A DNA stretch of 64,000 bases, from NCBI GenBank assembly GCA_035444565.1, contig DAOMOX010000001.1, positions 322,335-386,334 of the forward strand, read 5' to 3'. Within the stretch, counting starts at the first letter, position 1. Each line of letters begins with the position of its first letter. The position numbers were made by a program, and so were the translations under genes. Shown here one piece after another: positions 48,816 to 59,130 of this stretch. The notes below the pieces were generated by a model. It saw only the letters and a program-made list of their open reading frames with translations, was not told where the DNA came from and searched no databases. Origin of the DNA: Candidatus Dojkabacteria bacterium. Lineage in GTDB: Bacteria; Patescibacteriota; Dojkabacteria; B142; OLB20.

Positions 48816-48897
48816 TAAACTAAAAGTCTTCTCTTTAATCAAGTATAAATGTGCTAATAACTTTGATATTATTAAGAATAGTTATTATCATTATTTG

Positions 48898-50223
48898 ATG
48901 AAAAGTTATAAAGCAGTACTATTCCTAGCTTCCCCATTAATATTCATAATTTGTATCTTCGTCCTGTTTATAATATTTGGATCAACTTCGTCATCTGAGG
49001 GTCCAACTGTATTAATATCTACTACCCCAAAACTTCAAAAAAGTAAGTTAATCACACCTAAGCTCGTAAACGAGGCATATAAAGGAGATCTCCAATATAC
49101 TGTATTGACTTCAGAAGATAAGGTTATAACAAAAGACGTTTCGGGAAAGAGTCTGAACGAATTCCAATTAAATCTGATTTGTAATAATGGCGAAAAGGCT
49201 TTTGATTTCGAAATACTAGAATATGAACAAAAAGTAACCTTTTATACTGTTTGTTCAGAAGGTATTAGATTAATGGAAAATAATGAATTAATAAGACTTA
49301 TTGAATACTCAGAAATTGGGATTAATGAAAAATTAAACTATAAAGAGTATTATTTTACAGTAAAGTTCTCAGAAGATTTGGAGTATATGTTTTATTCTAT
49401 TAAAACTGATGACTCAGAAAGAACAGAAAATGCCTATAGAAGTGGATTATTAAACCTCGGAACAAATAAAGTTGTCTTGATTTCCCCTGATAGAACAGAT
49501 TTTACAAGAGAAGGTCTGGGGATTGTGGGCTATTTTAGTAATAATAAAATAATAATTTTTTATCAAAAAAGCCCATCAGGTGCTCTTGCAGAGGGTTTAT
49601 ATGAATATAACATTGAGAAACAATCCTATGAGAGTTTTCATAACTATGGGATTTCTCCAAGTGATGTAATACAAGGTAGAAATATCTTGGGCAATAAACT
49701 CGTCTTCCATAATGCGTACAAACCATATTCTGATGAATTATATAAGGATAAAGCATATTTAGTTGAAATTGATTTTGGGGAATATGTAAACGAACAAGAA
49801 TATGAACTCCCTACTCGATTCTACTTTCATTCTGTTGCAGATTTTGCAAATGGTTTGCAACAAGTTAGTGATGATGGAAAGATTTCAATACTAAAAACCT
49901 CTTCGCCAGAATGGGAGGGAAATTATGAAACAATTACTAAGAGTGCCTACGTCGACAGTAAAATCGTAGTGTCAAGTGAGGGGAAAATATTGAAAGAATA
50001 TTTTGTAGATCCTCGAAAGATTTTTAGATACTCGCATGTTGATAATGAAAAAATAGTATTTGCAGAACTAAAGTTAGAATACCGAGCAAGTGAAGATGGT
50101 GTAGGGGTGTATAGTGAATATGTCTACGATTCATTACATTTACTTGATATGAAAAAAGACGAAGTAAACAAAGTCACTGATTTAGGGAAAGACACAATAT
50201 CACTACTGGGAGTTAAATTTTAA
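48898..50223 (+). CDS. Hypothetical N-terminally membrane-anchored protein (ORF opens at 48808)
   Basis: One TM (AVLFLASPLIFIICIFVLFIIF) then about 400 aa with no recognisable domain. Confidence 0.3.
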   Translation: MKSYKAVLFLASPLIFIICIFVLFIIFGSTSSSEGPTVLISTTPKLQKSKLITPKLVNEAYKGDLQYTVLTSEDKVITKDVSGKSLNEFQLNLICNNGEKAFDFEILEYEQKVTFYTVCSEGIRLMENNELIRLIEYSEIGINEKLNYKEYYFTVKFSEDLEYMFYSIKTDDSERTENAYRSGLLNLGTNKVVLISPDRTDFTREGLGIVGYFSNNKIIIFYQKSPSGALAEGLYEYNIEKQSYESFHNYGISPSDVIQGRNILGNKLVFHNAYKPYSDELYKDKAYLVEIDFGEYVNEQEYELPTRFYFHSVADFANGLQQVSDDGKISILKTSSPEWEGNYETITKSAYVDSKIVVSSEGKILKEYFVDPRKIFRYSHVDNEKIVFAELKLEYRASEDGVGVYSEYVYDSLHLLDMKKDEVNKVTDLGKDTISLLGVKF

Positions 50224-50235
50224 TAGGAAGAGAAT

Positions 50236-51333
50236 ATGACTGTTGGTAGTTTTAAAGAATTTAACGAATCAGAAAAAAGCGAATGGAATTCATTTGTTGA
50301 CTCTACTCCATACGCTACTATTTTGCAGTTCTGGGAATGGGGGGAACTTAAGAGAAGCGAAGGTTGGCAACCCTATAGAATGGCTCTAGTTGATTCAGGA
50401 GAAATATTAATCTCCGCACAGTGCTTACTAAAAAAAGCTCCCGTACTAGGGAATTATTTATATGTGCCTTATGGTCCAGTATTTAGAGATATAAGCGTTT
50501 TTAAACAAAACCTACCTGATTTTTTGTCTGAACTGAAAAATTTCGCTGATTCAAAAGGCTGTTTTGTGATTGAATTTGATCCATTGATTGGAAAATTAGT
50601 CGATGAAATTGAACCCTCAGAAAACTTACTCCCCTATTTAAACACAGAAATCAAAGAGATTCTCGAGGTGAACGGATTTTCAATAAGCAAAAGGAATATG
50701 CAACCTAGACATAAACTTTTCTATGATTTAAGCAAAACAGAAGAAGAACTGCTGATGTTGATGAAGAAAAACACAAGGTATAACGTTCGGTTAGCTGCGA
50801 AGAAAGGAGTGGAGGTAACCCCTCTCGAGATTTCAGATGAAAAAATGTCAAAGAAAATTGACGAATATTATGAATTACTACTTTCAACACAGGAAAGAGC
50901 AAAAGGTTATCCAATTAGACCAAAGAGGACATTCACTACGCTACTTGAGGTTTTTAAAAACTCGAACTTACTGAAATATTTCGAAGCTAGATTCCAGGGT
51001 GATTTAATTACCGCCAATATTTCACAATTTACATCTTATTGGTCTTCATCGTTTTATGGTGCCTCAAATCGACTTCATCCAGATACAAAGGCCCCATATT
51101 TATTGAGATGGGAATCAGTTCTTGAAGCAAAGAGACGTGGATGCAAAGTTTATGATTTTTGGGGGATTATTCTCGATTCGAAACAACACAGTGGTTACTC
51201 TGAAACCAAACTTAGCTTTGGAGGAACTAGGATGGATACTTATGGATTGTTTGCCTTGCCCTTATCAGATTGGAAATATACGGTTTGGGATAAGTTGTTG
51301 CCCCTTAGAAATAAGATTCCGTTTATTAAATAA
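50236..51333 (+). CDS. FemAB-family peptidoglycan interpeptide-bridge aminoacyltransferase-like protein
   Basis: 365 aa. YATILQFWEWGELKRSEGWQP resembles the FemAB N-terminal region. Adjacent sugar aminotransferase. Confidence 0.5.
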   Translation: MTVGSFKEFNESEKSEWNSFVDSTPYATILQFWEWGELKRSEGWQPYRMALVDSGEILISAQCLLKKAPVLGNYLYVPYGPVFRDISVFKQNLPDFLSELKNFADSKGCFVIEFDPLIGKLVDEIEPSENLLPYLNTEIKEILEVNGFSISKRNMQPRHKLFYDLSKTEEELLMLMKKNTRYNVRLAAKKGVEVTPLEISDEKMSKKIDEYYELLLSTQERAKGYPIRPKRTFTTLLEVFKNSNLLKYFEARFQGDLITANISQFTSYWSSSFYGASNRLHPDTKAPYLLRWESVLEAKRRGCKVYDFWGIILDSKQHSGYSETKLSFGGTRMDTYGLFALPLSDWKYTVWDKLLPLRNKIPFIK

Positions 51334-51339
51334 TCAAAT

Positions 51340-52578
51340 ATGAGACCAGTATTTATCGGAGCTTCTCCAAATACAGAAAAAGACGATATAAAACTAGCTT
51401 TGAAGTTGCTTTTTCAGCCATGGAACTGGAGAGAAGATAAGGGAAATAGCGTAAATAAGTTCGAAGAGATGGTTAGCAAATATCACGATGGAATAAATGC
51501 TGTTGCAATGGACTCTGCCAGGTCGGCATTTTATCTGTTGTTGAAAGCATATGGAATCGGACCTGGTGACGAAGTGATTCTCCCCTCTTTTTCCTGTTTA
51601 GTTATTGCCAATCCTGTGATTTGGGTAGGCGCAAAACCAGTGTATGTAGACATTGACAAGGAAACATTTAATTTGAGCTTGGATGATTTAAAGAAAAAGT
51701 TGTCGAACAAAACAAAAGTGATTCTTGTTCAACATACTTTCGGTCTTCCAGTAGAACTCGAAAAAGTTCGTGAAATAGTCGGAAGTGATGTGAAAATTGT
51801 CGAGGATATCGCTCATTCTCTGGGTGGAATCTACAAAGGTCAGAAAATTGGCACGATAGGAGATGCCTCGGTAGCTACCTTCGGAATAGAAAAAGTAATT
51901 TCGAGTGTTCGTGGAGGGATGGTGTTAATCAAAGATGACAAAATTGCAGAGAAAATTAGAAGTGAACTCAAAACTGCCCCACATTTTTCATTAGTAAGAA
52001 TAAAAATCGCATTACTAAATCCAATTCTGTGGTGGCTTATCACGCCTGTTTATTATGTCGGAATTGGAAAAGCAACAATTGGTAGGGCTTTTAGTTTTGT
52101 AGCACATAAATTAGGAATTATGGGAATAATGATAGAGAAGTGCGAGTATGATACCCAAAAACCGAGCTGGCTTCCTGCAAGAATGCCATCGGCACTAGCA
52201 AGATTAGGAATGAACCAGTTCAAGAAATTAGACAGGTTTAATAACCATCGTAGGGAAATTGCGAAAATTTACGAAGAGATGTTTGGAGCTTACGAAGTAG
52301 ACCGAAATAGTAAACATAATTATCTTCGCTATCCACTCTTAGTTGAGCCGGAAAATAGGTCAAAAATTTATAGTTCTGCTTCTAAAAAACATTTCGTTTT
52401 AGGAAATTGGTATAAGAACATTTTATATGCGCCCGATACATCTCTGTCAAAATTAGGCTACACAAAAGGAGACACACCGAATGCTGAGTGGGTGGCTGAG
52501 AGAGTTGTTAATTTACCGACCGCGGTGAATGTGTCTACTGACGAGGCGAAGCATCTCGTTAAAATTATAGGTGTTTAA
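51340..52578 (+). CDS. DegT/DnrJ/EryC1/StrS-family PLP-dependent aminotransferase
   Basis: 412 aa. DEVILPSFSCLVIANPVIWVGAKPVYVDID and VEDIAHSLGG motifs typical of DegT sugar aminotransferases. Confidence 0.6.
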   Translation: MRPVFIGASPNTEKDDIKLALKLLFQPWNWREDKGNSVNKFEEMVSKYHDGINAVAMDSARSAFYLLLKAYGIGPGDEVILPSFSCLVIANPVIWVGAKPVYVDIDKETFNLSLDDLKKKLSNKTKVILVQHTFGLPVELEKVREIVGSDVKIVEDIAHSLGGIYKGQKIGTIGDASVATFGIEKVISSVRGGMVLIKDDKIAEKIRSELKTAPHFSLVRIKIALLNPILWWLITPVYYVGIGKATIGRAFSFVAHKLGIMGIMIEKCEYDTQKPSWLPARMPSALARLGMNQFKKLDRFNNHRREIAKIYEEMFGAYEVDRNSKHNYLRYPLLVEPENRSKIYSSASKKHFVLGNWYKNILYAPDTSLSKLGYTKGDTPNAEWVAERVVNLPTAVNVSTDEAKHLVKIIGV

Positions 52579-52588
52579 GACACACGAA

Positions 52589-53491
52589 TTATTTTATAGA
52601 AAGGTTCTTGAAAAACTCATCACACATTGCAACCGCTTTGTCCATATCATTGTCGTACTTACACGATGCATAATAAGCGTGGTCGAATAACATTCCTGTT
52701 CCACAAACATCGATATCTGTTGATTCTGATATGTATGGGTTTACATACTCAGAGCATTTCGTTGTCTCGTAACTATCCGTATAGAGGATTGACTTCGTTT
52801 CAGGACTAACAATTCTATATAAACTTAATCCGTTATTAACAACTGCTGGAATCTCCTCGTAGTAAGTATAAACCCCTTCGCTCTGAACTATTGAAATTTG
52901 AACATTGGTAACATTCGGGGAATCATAGGAATCGAAGGAGAAATTAATGGAGTTCCCTAATCCTGAACTTGTAGTCGAATCCGTACCAAATGCATGAGAG
53001 ACTGGTGCAATTCCTGAAATATTTCCACCAAAAGGTAATTCGTAGTCAAAAACCGGCCATTCGGTACCAAAGAGAGTAAGACTGGATTGTGAAGGTTGTG
53101 TAACTTGCACCTGGTCATCGGGACTATTATCAGCGACAGGATCAGTACAATATTCTTTGTAATATTCTTCATCTTTTCCACTAAAAGGCTCGTTTTTCAT
53201 GATAATTTCATTTAGGTATTCACACCTGTTGCAGATTGTTCCATTTTCTCCGTTATTTTGACAATCTTCACAACCTTGAGTATTGGGAGAATTTAGGCAT
53301 GTCTGATACAAATCAGGAGTATTTGGCCTCGGGACAAAGACAAAAACGATAAATAAAACCACTCCGATTAGGATAGTAACTACTACGAAAACAATTACCA
53401 ATAAAGCTACAACTAGATTGTTGTTATTAGACTTTGCAGATTTGGGCTCATTCTGACTAGGTACTTGGGAAGGATTATTAGGGGTTGTCAT
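52589..53491 (-). CDS. Cys-rich type-II membrane protein, hypothetical (paralog of 53605-54114)
   Basis: 300 aa. N-terminal low-complexity plus TM. Ectodomain with P..YQTCL.SP...GC..C pattern. Confidence 0.35.
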   Translation of the reverse strand: MTTPNNPSQVPSQNEPKSAKSNNNNLVVALLVIVFVVVTILIGVVLFIVFVFVPRPNTPDLYQTCLNSPNTQGCEDCQNNGENGTICNRCEYLNEIIMKNEPFSGKDEEYYKEYCTDPVADNSPDDQVQVTQPSQSSLTLFGTEWPVFDYELPFGGNISGIAPVSHAFGTDSTTSSGLGNSINFSFDSYDSPNVTNVQISIVQSEGVYTYYEEIPAVVNNGLSLYRIVSPETKSILYTDSYETTKCSEYVNPYISESTDIDVCGTGMLFDHAYYASCKYDNDMDKAVAMCDEFFKNLSIK

Positions 53492-53604
53492 TTATTAAGA
53501 ATAATATGTTAAATAATACTCTATTTATTCAGGGATTTATATAAGAATTTTCTCATTTTAGATTGCTATAACAGACAATGTAGGACTATTTTTACCAAAC
53601 TCTA

Positions 53605-54114
53605 TTAGAATGGCTTACTATCTGTTGAAAAAGGATCTATGGGTAACTCTGTATTAGAGTCTGTGCACTTCTCAATAAGAAACGAGTAATCCATATTATT
53701 CATATCCCCGGAAGAATAGTATTTTGAATACAAATCTTCACATTTCTGACACATTTCCATATCAACAGGTATTGGAGAAGGATGCGATTTCATATTAAGT
53801 GAAAACGTATCGACATAATTTTCAACACAGGATTGTCCATGATTCCATATGTACCCATAATTTTGTCCAATACATGATAGACAACCAAGACTGTGTGGAG
53901 CAGAGAGACAGACTTGATATATACCCGGTGATACACGAGTTGTATGGCATGGATCAAACAACCAGTAAAGGAACAGAATAATACAGATGAAAGGGAGACC
54001 TAAAAACATAAAAACTAGTATGATTCGATTTCTGGATAATTTTTTCATTCTAGAGTAATGATATTTTTTAATATCACTCCAGTTTGTCGGAGATTTGTAG
54101 TTAAATCTTCTCAA
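53605..54114 (-). CDS. Cys-rich type-II membrane protein, hypothetical (paralog)
   Basis: 169 aa. Same P.IYQVCLSAP...GC.SC and EKCTD motifs. Confidence 0.35.
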   Translation of the reverse strand: MRRFNYKSPTNWSDIKKYHYSRMKKLSRNRIILVFMFLGLPFICIILFLYWLFDPCHTTRVSPGIYQVCLSAPHSLGCLSCIGQNYGYIWNHGQSCVENYVDTFSLNMKSHPSPIPVDMEMCQKCEDLYSKYYSSGDMNNMDYSFLIEKCTDSNTELPIDPFSTDSKPF

Positions 54115-56239
54115 GCCTCACATATTCCAATGCCAATTCTTTCAACCCAGCGGAAAACCTAATCAACACAACGAAGTTATCAATATCAACCACCTCCCCT
54201 ACTCCGAAAATCTCGTGTTTTACAAGATCGCCTTTGCTTATGTCAGTAGTTGGTTTAAATTCATCAACTTCGTCTACATCAGACCAGCCAGAAAAAGCGT
54301 CTTTTTTCTTTTCGGCGAAGGTATTACAATATATGAGCAATTGTTCAGGTATGTCGTCTATGAACCTCGAAACAGGATTGGAGTTTCTCGATCCGAAATA
54401 CATTCTGGATTCTGCATGTGAGACGTATACTTGTTTCTTAGCTCTCGTGACGGCAACATAAGCTAGTCTCCTCTCTTCTGCAAGTTCTTGAGGATCATAT
54501 TTCGAATTCGCATGTGGGAAAAGGTTTTCTTCCATCCCGGCGATAAATACATGTTCAAATTCCAGTCCTTTGGCAGCGTGCACTGTCATAAGCGTGATGT
54601 GTTCTTCTTCGTCTTTTGTTGCCTCGTAGCTACTTTCAATGAGCGCAATTTCTTCCAAAAACTTTTCTAGACCAGTCATATAGTCAAGCTGGTCGAACTT
54701 CTTTGCAAGTGATTTCAACTCTTGGATATTTTCTAATCTCGTTTCACCCTCGGATGTTTGTTGAAGTTCCGCTTTGTAGCCTGTGAACTCGATAACATCT
54801 TCAATCAGTTCTGACACGGGTTGTTTACTACTCAAATCTATCAATTTTGCGACAATTCTCGCAAAATCTTGAAGAGATTTCGGAAGTTCGTCAGGAGAAG
54901 TCTTTTGAGTGTCTAGTAAGTATTTTAATAAACTTTTACGTTGTTCATTTGCAAGTAATGTGAATTTTTCGATTGTTTTAGCACCTACTCCACGTTTCGG
55001 AACGTTAATAATTCTTTGTAGTCCAACTGTGTCATCGGGATTAAACAAAATCCTCAAATAGCCAAGTACGTCTTTAACTTCAGCACGGTTGTAGAACCTA
55101 ACGCCTCCCACGATTCTGTAGTTCACATTGGCTGTCAGAAGAGCTTCTTCGAGATTCCTAGACATCGCATTAGTCCTATACAATACTGCGATTTCGCTTG
55201 GACTTACATTGTTCAGAATTAATTGACGTACTTCTTGGCTTATCCATTCTGCTTCGTCTTTTTCGTCCATCGCTTCATAAATCATAATTCCTTCTCCGTC
55301 TGAGTTCTCTGTCCAAAGTACTTTTTTCTTCTGTTCTGGATTTTTGCTAATAATCTGGTTCGAAGCTTCTAGGATTTTCTTGGTTGATCTGTAATTTTGC
55401 TCAAGTTTTATAATTTTCGCCTTTGGGTAATCTTTCTCAAAACTAAGAATATTAGTGATATTTGCACCTCTGAAGCTATAAATTGATTGTGCGTCATCCC
55501 CTACTACGCATATGTTTTGGTTTTTATCTGCTAACAGCTTGGAAAAAACATATTGCGCATTATTTGTGTCTTGATACTCGTCAATAAGTATAAATTTGAA
55601 TATATTCTGATATTTTTCTAAGATTTTGGGATTTTTCTGAAAAAGCTCAACAGTCTTCATTATCAAGTCGTCAAAGTCAAGTGCAGAGTTCTCACCAAGC
55701 ATGTCTTGGTAGATTGGATAAACTTCAGCAACAATTTGCTCAAAATATCCTCTTGCCATTGATTTATATGCTTCTGGGGTGATAAGTTCTGACTTTGCTG
55801 AGGAAATCATTGATAATACAGCGTTCGGATTAGTTTTTTTATCGTTAAGGTTTAATTTCTTCAATACTTTCCTTACTACATCTTTCTGATCAGTCGTATC
55901 GTAAATACTGAAATACCTGCTAATCCCAATCTCCTGACCATCTCTTTTTAATATCTGGACACAGATTGCATGGAAAGTACCTACCCAAGGAAGGAATACC
56001 TTCTCAGAACCTGGTTTGAGCTTCAAAAGCTGAACTATTCGTTCTTTCATCTCGTTGGAAGCTTTATTTGTGAAGGTCACAGCTAAAATATTGTCAGAGG
56101 TTGCGTGATGGTGTTCAATCAAGTATGCAATCCTTTGGGTAAGTGTACGCGTCTTCCCACTACCCGCTCCTGCGAGTATCAATATCGGTCCATTTACCGT
56201 TTCCACGGCGATTTTTTGTTGTTTGTTAAGGGAGTTCAT
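54101..56239 (-). CDS. pcrA: ATP-dependent DNA helicase PcrA/UvrD family
   Basis: 712 aa. Walker A AGAGSGKTRTLTQRIAYL. Helicase motifs II-VI. C-terminal Tudor-like tail. Confidence 0.85.
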   Translation of the reverse strand: MNSLNKQQKIAVETVNGPILILAGAGSGKTRTLTQRIAYLIEHHHATSDNILAVTFTNKASNEMKERIVQLLKLKPGSEKVFLPWVGTFHAICVQILKRDGQEIGISRYFSIYDTTDQKDVVRKVLKKLNLNDKKTNPNAVLSMISSAKSELITPEAYKSMARGYFEQIVAEVYPIYQDMLGENSALDFDDLIMKTVELFQKNPKILEKYQNIFKFILIDEYQDTNNAQYVFSKLLADKNQNICVVGDDAQSIYSFRGANITNILSFEKDYPKAKIIKLEQNYRSTKKILEASNQIISKNPEQKKKVLWTENSDGEGIMIYEAMDEKDEAEWISQEVRQLILNNVSPSEIAVLYRTNAMSRNLEEALLTANVNYRIVGGVRFYNRAEVKDVLGYLRILFNPDDTVGLQRIINVPKRGVGAKTIEKFTLLANEQRKSLLKYLLDTQKTSPDELPKSLQDFARIVAKLIDLSSKQPVSELIEDVIEFTGYKAELQQTSEGETRLENIQELKSLAKKFDQLDYMTGLEKFLEEIALIESSYEATKDEEEHITLMTVHAAKGLEFEHVFIAGMEENLFPHANSKYDPQELAEERRLAYVAVTRAKKQVYVSHAESRMYFGSRNSNPVSRFIDDIPEQLLIYCNTFAEKKKDAFSGWSDVDEVDEFKPTTDISKGDLVKHEIFGVGEVVDIDNFVVLIRFSAGLKELALEYVRLEKI

Positions 56240-56339
56240 AGGTATCTATTGTACTGGATAAATTCTTGTTGAGGAAATAGATTTTGACAAATTTATTCGA
56301 TTACTTGTAGAATCGGGCACATTTATTATTCTATTTCCA

Positions 56340-56714
56340 ATGTCGGAATTGTCAACAAGCATAGATGAATATCAAGAAATTGGTGAGGGGTTATTCACGA
56401 AAGTAGTGATTGATCAAACCTCAGGTGAGCACACTAGATATTTGTTAGAGGAAAAAGGAGAGATGCGCGGCCTTTTAACAAGGGCGACATATAACCCCAA
56501 TTCTGGAGACCTTTATTTCGTAACATTTACTGATTTTGGTTCAAGGAGAACGATGAGGAGAGGGGAGGACATAACTGATGTTTTACTAATTCCTGAAGAG
56601 GAAAACGGTTATGCAGTAAAAGAACAAGAACCTCCTACGGAATTTAGGCTGAATTCTATCATTAAATTTGTCCTTAATGGTGAGATTCTTCCATCTCTTA
56701 TCAAGGGAGAATAA
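56340..56714 (+). CDS. Hypothetical protein
   Basis: 124 aa, no recognised domain. Confidence 0.3.
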   Translation: MSELSTSIDEYQEIGEGLFTKVVIDQTSGEHTRYLLEEKGEMRGLLTRATYNPNSGDLYFVTFTDFGSRRTMRRGEDITDVLLIPEEENGYAVKEQEPPTEFRLNSIIKFVLNGEILPSLIKGE

Positions 56715-56869
56715 TAGAGATTCCCTCATCAATAGAGCAACAAATTAATTATGTCAGATTATATCATCTGGTGTAGAAACGTTTATTACTGTTTCAAATA
56801 ACCGAAAGTTTTCTTGACACAATTTTTAGAATATGTGATAAACTATATACTGATTATATCGTAACAATA

Positions 56870-57313
56870 ATGAAAGATTTTGAACCAATTCGAACAAATA
56901 TTAATAAAAGAATATTAGCATTGCTTCTCGTTACTAAGCTTGCGTTGGCATTGGCTGCTTGTGGGGGTGGTGACTCTGTTTCTGCCAATAATCTACCATT
57001 AAGAGTTCCTGAACCCACTGACAAAGTAGAGGTACCAGGTCCTTTTTGTGGTCTTTGGTTAAATGGAGTTCAAACAATTCCTGGTACGGGTACTACGGTT
57101 GAGAGACAGGTTCTATCATCTAGCACACGAGGAGATTTAAATACACCTGAACAATTAACTTATGACGGGCAAGAGATTGAAACTCCTGAATGCGGAACCG
57201 TAACATTCACAGGTGATACAACTTATATGAAAAATGGTTATTTAACTGAAGGTGGTGCAGGATTCGTTCTACCACCCAAGGACCTTACTCAAGGGGATAC
57301 TGTTCAGAACTAA
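56870..57313 (+). CDS. Putative lipoprotein
   Basis: 147 aa. Lipobox LALAAC|GGG after the signal peptide. Confidence 0.4.
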   Translation: MKDFEPIRTNINKRILALLLVTKLALALAACGGGDSVSANNLPLRVPEPTDKVEVPGPFCGLWLNGVQTIPGTGTTVERQVLSSSTRGDLNTPEQLTYDGQEIETPECGTVTFTGDTTYMKNGYLTEGGAGFVLPPKDLTQGDTVQN

Positions 57314-57326
57314 GTATATCCCAGTT

Positions 57327-59027
57327 CTACAACCCCCCCAATTCCTGACTCAACTCCTGCAATTTATCCAGCGCAGAATCGTCGTCAGAATTGCGAAGAG
57401 CATTAAGTTGTTTTTTGATAAATAGCTTCCTCAATCTATTCACACTGGTCTCAAGCTCTTTCTCAAATTCCTCTTTGTGGCCAAATACTTCAATATCGCT
57501 CATTTTGACATTAACAATTAAATCCTCAAATTCTGATGGAATTGTTTTGTCGTTTAAGATGAGGTTGAATAGGGTAGTGTTATCTCCATTTTGAAATAGT
57601 TTCACGGGGTCGAGGGCTTTCGCTAAGTCCTTCCATTGAACATGTTGCACCAATAGTGCCAATAGGTACGTCTCTTCATCCAACTTAAAAACTCGCTTGA
57701 TTAGAGTAGGTTTGTTCTCTTGAATATTAAAATTCTGACCTGCGGGAAGTTTCTTCAATTGTTCAAGCAAAGTATCTCTGTCAACATTTGATTTTTTGGA
57801 AAGTTTTTCAATGTAGTCGGATATCTCAATGTCGTTTTCAATTTTGGTGACGTATGTCAATATTTGTTTTACAAACTCTGATTTTTGTCGGCTATCTTCA
57901 AGATTGTAGTTTTTTGAAAGTGTTTTGATTAAAAAATCTATCACTGGTTTTGCTTTTGAAACGATTTTTTGCCAATCTCCACCACTAGTTATCATTTCGT
58001 CGACATCTTGATATTCGCCAATGTCTATCGCTAGTGTTTGAAGTCCAACTTTTTCCGCAAGTTCGAGAGATCTCAGAAGCGCTCTTTGACCAGCACTGTC
58101 TGTATCAAAAGATAGATAGATTTTCGTACAATAACGCTTTAATAGTTTTAGCTGATCTTCGGTGAGAGCGGTTCCTAGAGGTGCAACTATGTTTTTCACA
58201 CCTGCCTGATAAGACGAGATAATATCAATATTTCCCTCAACGATTATTGCGAAATCCTCTTTTCTCACAGTCTCTTTTGCTTGATACAATCCGTATAGAA
58301 GCTTACTTTTGTTGTAAACGGGAGTTTCGGGCGAATTTAGGTATTTGGGTCCTTTCTCGTCCTTATCAATCGCTCTGCCACTAAACCCGACAATTTCACC
58401 CTGATGATCCATAATCGGGAACATCAGACGATTCCTAAATTTGTCATAAATTCGGTTGTTTTTCTCAACCAATAATCCCCAATCAACAAGATCTCTAAGC
58501 TCAAAACCTCTCTTCAAAAGGAAATTCTTAAGATTTTCAAAACCAACGGGAGCGAAACCAAGTTTGTAGGTTTCGATAGAGTGAGCTGTGAGTTTCCTCT
58601 TTTTAGCATATTCGCGAGCAATTTCGCCGTTCTTGTGTTTGGTCAGAAGATAATTGAAATATTGGGCTGTTAATGTGTTTGCCTCAAGGATTTTTTGTTT
58701 TTTAGCGCGTTCTTTAGCTAATTTAGGGTTGGTATTTTTGACAAGTGTGATACCCACTCTTTTGGCAGCATTTTCCAATGCGTGTGAAAAGTCTAGTCCT
58801 TCAATCTTTTCAAGAAATTTAATCGCATCACCACCTTCGCCACAACCAAAGCACTTAAACATACCAAGCTCAGAATTTACCGAGAAAGATGGTGATTTCT
58901 CTTGATGGAATGGGCATAGTCCAAAATAGTTTCGACCGGATTTCTTGAGCGAGGGGACATATTCCTGGACAACTGAAACTATGTCCAGTCTTTCTTTTAT
59001 TTCTTCAATTTGGCTTCGATCTGACAT
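57327..59027 (-). CDS. dnaG: DNA primase
   Basis: 566 aa. Zinc finger CPFHQEKSPSF...CFGCGEGGD. TOPRIM EGNIDIIS...D.D. Confidence 0.85.
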   Translation of the reverse strand: MSDRSQIEEIKERLDIVSVVQEYVPSLKKSGRNYFGLCPFHQEKSPSFSVNSELGMFKCFGCGEGGDAIKFLEKIEGLDFSHALENAAKRVGITLVKNTNPKLAKERAKKQKILEANTLTAQYFNYLLTKHKNGEIAREYAKKRKLTAHSIETYKLGFAPVGFENLKNFLLKRGFELRDLVDWGLLVEKNNRIYDKFRNRLMFPIMDHQGEIVGFSGRAIDKDEKGPKYLNSPETPVYNKSKLLYGLYQAKETVRKEDFAIIVEGNIDIISSYQAGVKNIVAPLGTALTEDQLKLLKRYCTKIYLSFDTDSAGQRALLRSLELAEKVGLQTLAIDIGEYQDVDEMITSGGDWQKIVSKAKPVIDFLIKTLSKNYNLEDSRQKSEFVKQILTYVTKIENDIEISDYIEKLSKKSNVDRDTLLEQLKKLPAGQNFNIQENKPTLIKRVFKLDEETYLLALLVQHVQWKDLAKALDPVKLFQNGDNTTLFNLILNDKTIPSEFEDLIVNVKMSDIEVFGHKEEFEKELETSVNRLRKLFIKKQLNALRNSDDDSALDKLQELSQELGGL

Positions 59028-59130
59028 TATTCAGGCTTTAATATGCTAATTTTAGCACGTGCACAAAATGTTGGGATTAAACACAGCGAGAAATAGAATA
59101 TAAATTGATAATCAGCTATAATCTGGAGTT

